Origin: Euglena gracilis
Lineage: Eukaryota
DNA: 64,000 bases
NCBI GenBank assembly: GCA_039621445.1
Contig: CP154954.1
Span: forward strand, 13,386,716 to 13,450,715
Direction: 5' to 3'
Shown: piece after piece, positions 62,001 through 64,000 of the stretch
How positions within the stretch are numbered: the stretch's first letter is position 1
Layout: every line of letters starts with the position of its first letter
Notes under the pieces: model-generated
What the model was told of the DNA's origin: nothing
The model's database searches: none
The model's input: only the letters and a program-made list of their open reading frames with translations
Made by a program: the position numbers and the translations under genes

Positions 62001-64000
62001 GCCCAATTTCCTCCAGTGAACCTGCGAAATTTTCTTTGGCATTTTGCACGGTTCCTTGGAATGTTCCAAGTCACCTGTTCAAAAGGTGTATTGATCATTC
62101 AGCATGTGATTTTTTAACGTTCAAATCCAAACTTTTTGAATTTTGGATTTGGAGAAACCAATTTTTGGGTTTGGTGTGGAATTTCCCTGAAGAATGGCTT
62201 TGTGAGATTTTCTTCATCCAGAAATTTCCTGGCCGTTTTAAGGGGGCGTCCAGGATTTTCCCCGCATTTTGAGGATTCCCCACAAAAAATTTTCCATCTG
62301 CAATTGTTGCTGATCAGATCCCGCCATTTCAAGGACATTTTGTCCCTCTCCCTTGGATGTCACGTTGGGTCAACTGACTTTTTCTGTTGGAAAGTCCACT
62401 GGGAGGCCTCCACGGCAAGTTGTTACTCACCCTCCCTTCCTAAAAATGAAATGAACCCCCTTATAGCACCAAAAAACCCTGCCTCCTGGGGGGTCAAAAT
62501 ACCCCCCCCCCCACTCCGCCTGTCCATACTGGGGGGCTGGGCGACCGTTGCCAATTGTCCAACGAACAAGGGGCGTCCAGACTGTGTAGATTGTCTCCTT
62601 TCACAGCAAATGGATGATTATTTCCTCGTCCAATGACCGGGCTTGTCCAAGAAATCCCCCCCTGGTCAGATGCGACCTGTGATGTTTGTCCCTAAGTAAT
62701 GGAGGAATTGTGGTTTAATTTCGCTTTTTTTTGTATTTGCAAGTTTCAGAGAAGCTTTTTTTTTGCAGCCTGTTGGAAAAACCATAAACTGGCTGAAATG
62801 CCAAAATGACCCCCCCCAAAAAATGGCCAATGCCCCCGCAATGGCTCCCAAAATGATTCAAATTGGTGTACCCCCTGTCTGCTGACCACCCCGTCAGGCT
62901 TTTTGTCAGGCTGTATGACATCGAAATCTCATTCCTGCCTTCCTGCTGATGGAAGATGTCACAGGGTTGAATAATACATTTCAGGGGAACGTGGCAGATG
63001 ACACCCAATCATATGTCTATCCAGCAAAAGATCATGTCAGGGAAAGGTCCCAATGGGGATAAATCCCCTATACATCGACACCTCCTGGTCGGAGGATGAA
63101 GGTTGCAGGTGGTTTTGAATATTCGGTTTTTTTTTTGCACCTAACCCCCCCCCCAAAATAAGACCCGGGTCTTATTTTTGGGTCCGTTGCTGGAAACCTC
63201 CAGGGGGGGGTCTTATTTTTGGGGGGGGTCTTATTTTTGGATTTTTTCTTGACCGACCCGGGACGAAAAAAACATCATTTTTCAGGTTCCCAAAAACACT
63301 AAAAATTTTCCTTCGGCGCTTCGCGCCATGTGTAAATTTGTGTAAGTGGACATTTAGCATGTTTTTTGCACTTCATGAATCTGATTTTTTTTGAAATTTA
63401 ATCATTTTTTTGTGTGCATTTTGGGTTTTTGGCAATTTCTCAGGGAAAATTTTCACCGTCCCCGGCGCTTCGCGCCTTCAGGGGGGGGGTCTTATTTTTG
63501 GGGGGGGCGTCTTATTTGGGGGGGGTTTTAGGGGGGGGGGGGGTAAGGGGGGGAGAGCTTATTTTTGGGGGGGGGGGGGGGGGTGGGTCTGGGGTAAGAA
63601 AGCAGGGGAGGTAATGGTGGGGTTTAGGTTTAGTCGTGCAACCACTCCCTGGTTCGGGGTTGTTGGACACCTTTGGGGGGGGGGGTCAATGGGGAGGGGG
63701 CTGGTAAAGTGAGGTTGCGACAAACAGCCGAAAGTTGCTCAAATTTGGCCAAAAAATGACCAATAATAGTCGAAATGGCCAAAAAAATGGCCGACAGTGG
63801 CCAAAAATGGCCAGAAGTGGTCAAAGGATGCCAATTGTGCAAAAAAAAAAAGGGGCTAAAAACAGCCAAAATGGTCTTGATTCCCTATTTGTGGCCAACT
63901 TTTTGCCAACATGGGGTTCCCCTATTGTCTAACAACCCCCTCCACCCCCTGGTTGGAGACAAACGTTGGCTGTTTTAGCACCCCCCCCCCAGTCGGAGAC
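57273..64000 (+). repeat. Near-identical duplicate of ~43208-49822, carrying copies of adenylate cyclase exons 9-15
   Basis: Colinear match over ~6.6 kb. Exon copies at 57675-57721, 58478-58573, 58659-58723, 59513-59598, 60039-60148, 60520-60615 and 61758-61868. Differences are mostly homopolymer lengths, a few intronic SNPs and small indels. Confidence 0.95.

Overview
Repeat-rich eukaryotic genomic DNA, most likely from a euglenid (Euglena-like); this is inferred from the intron type and TTAGGG repeats. Almost all ORFs in the supplied track are spurious. Bases 1-34,000 are intergenic. They hold microsatellites, an interstitial telomeric tract, many MITEs, Helitron RepHel fragments and nested TIR transposons, five of which have perfect 7-bp target-site duplications. 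Bases ~34,991-56,582 (+) hold one gene, rebuilt by hand from 24 short exons (~2.0 kb, ~665 aa). It encodes a receptor-type class III adenylate cyclase: TM1, a large extracellular domain, TM2, a HAMP-like linker and a cyclase with all catalytic residues. None of its 23 introns is GT-AG. Each is closed by a terminal stem in which intron base +4 pairs with base -6, usually NNN-CAG...CTG-NNNNN with compensatory variants, as in euglenid nonconventional introns. The 3+5 unpaired geometry equals a TIR element plus one 8-bp TSD, which suggests a transposon origin. After a 13-N gap, 57,273-64,000 nearly duplicates ~43,208-49,822 (exons 9-15), probably an allelic or assembly duplicate. All coordinates were read manually; a few junctions are uncertain by 1-2 nt.
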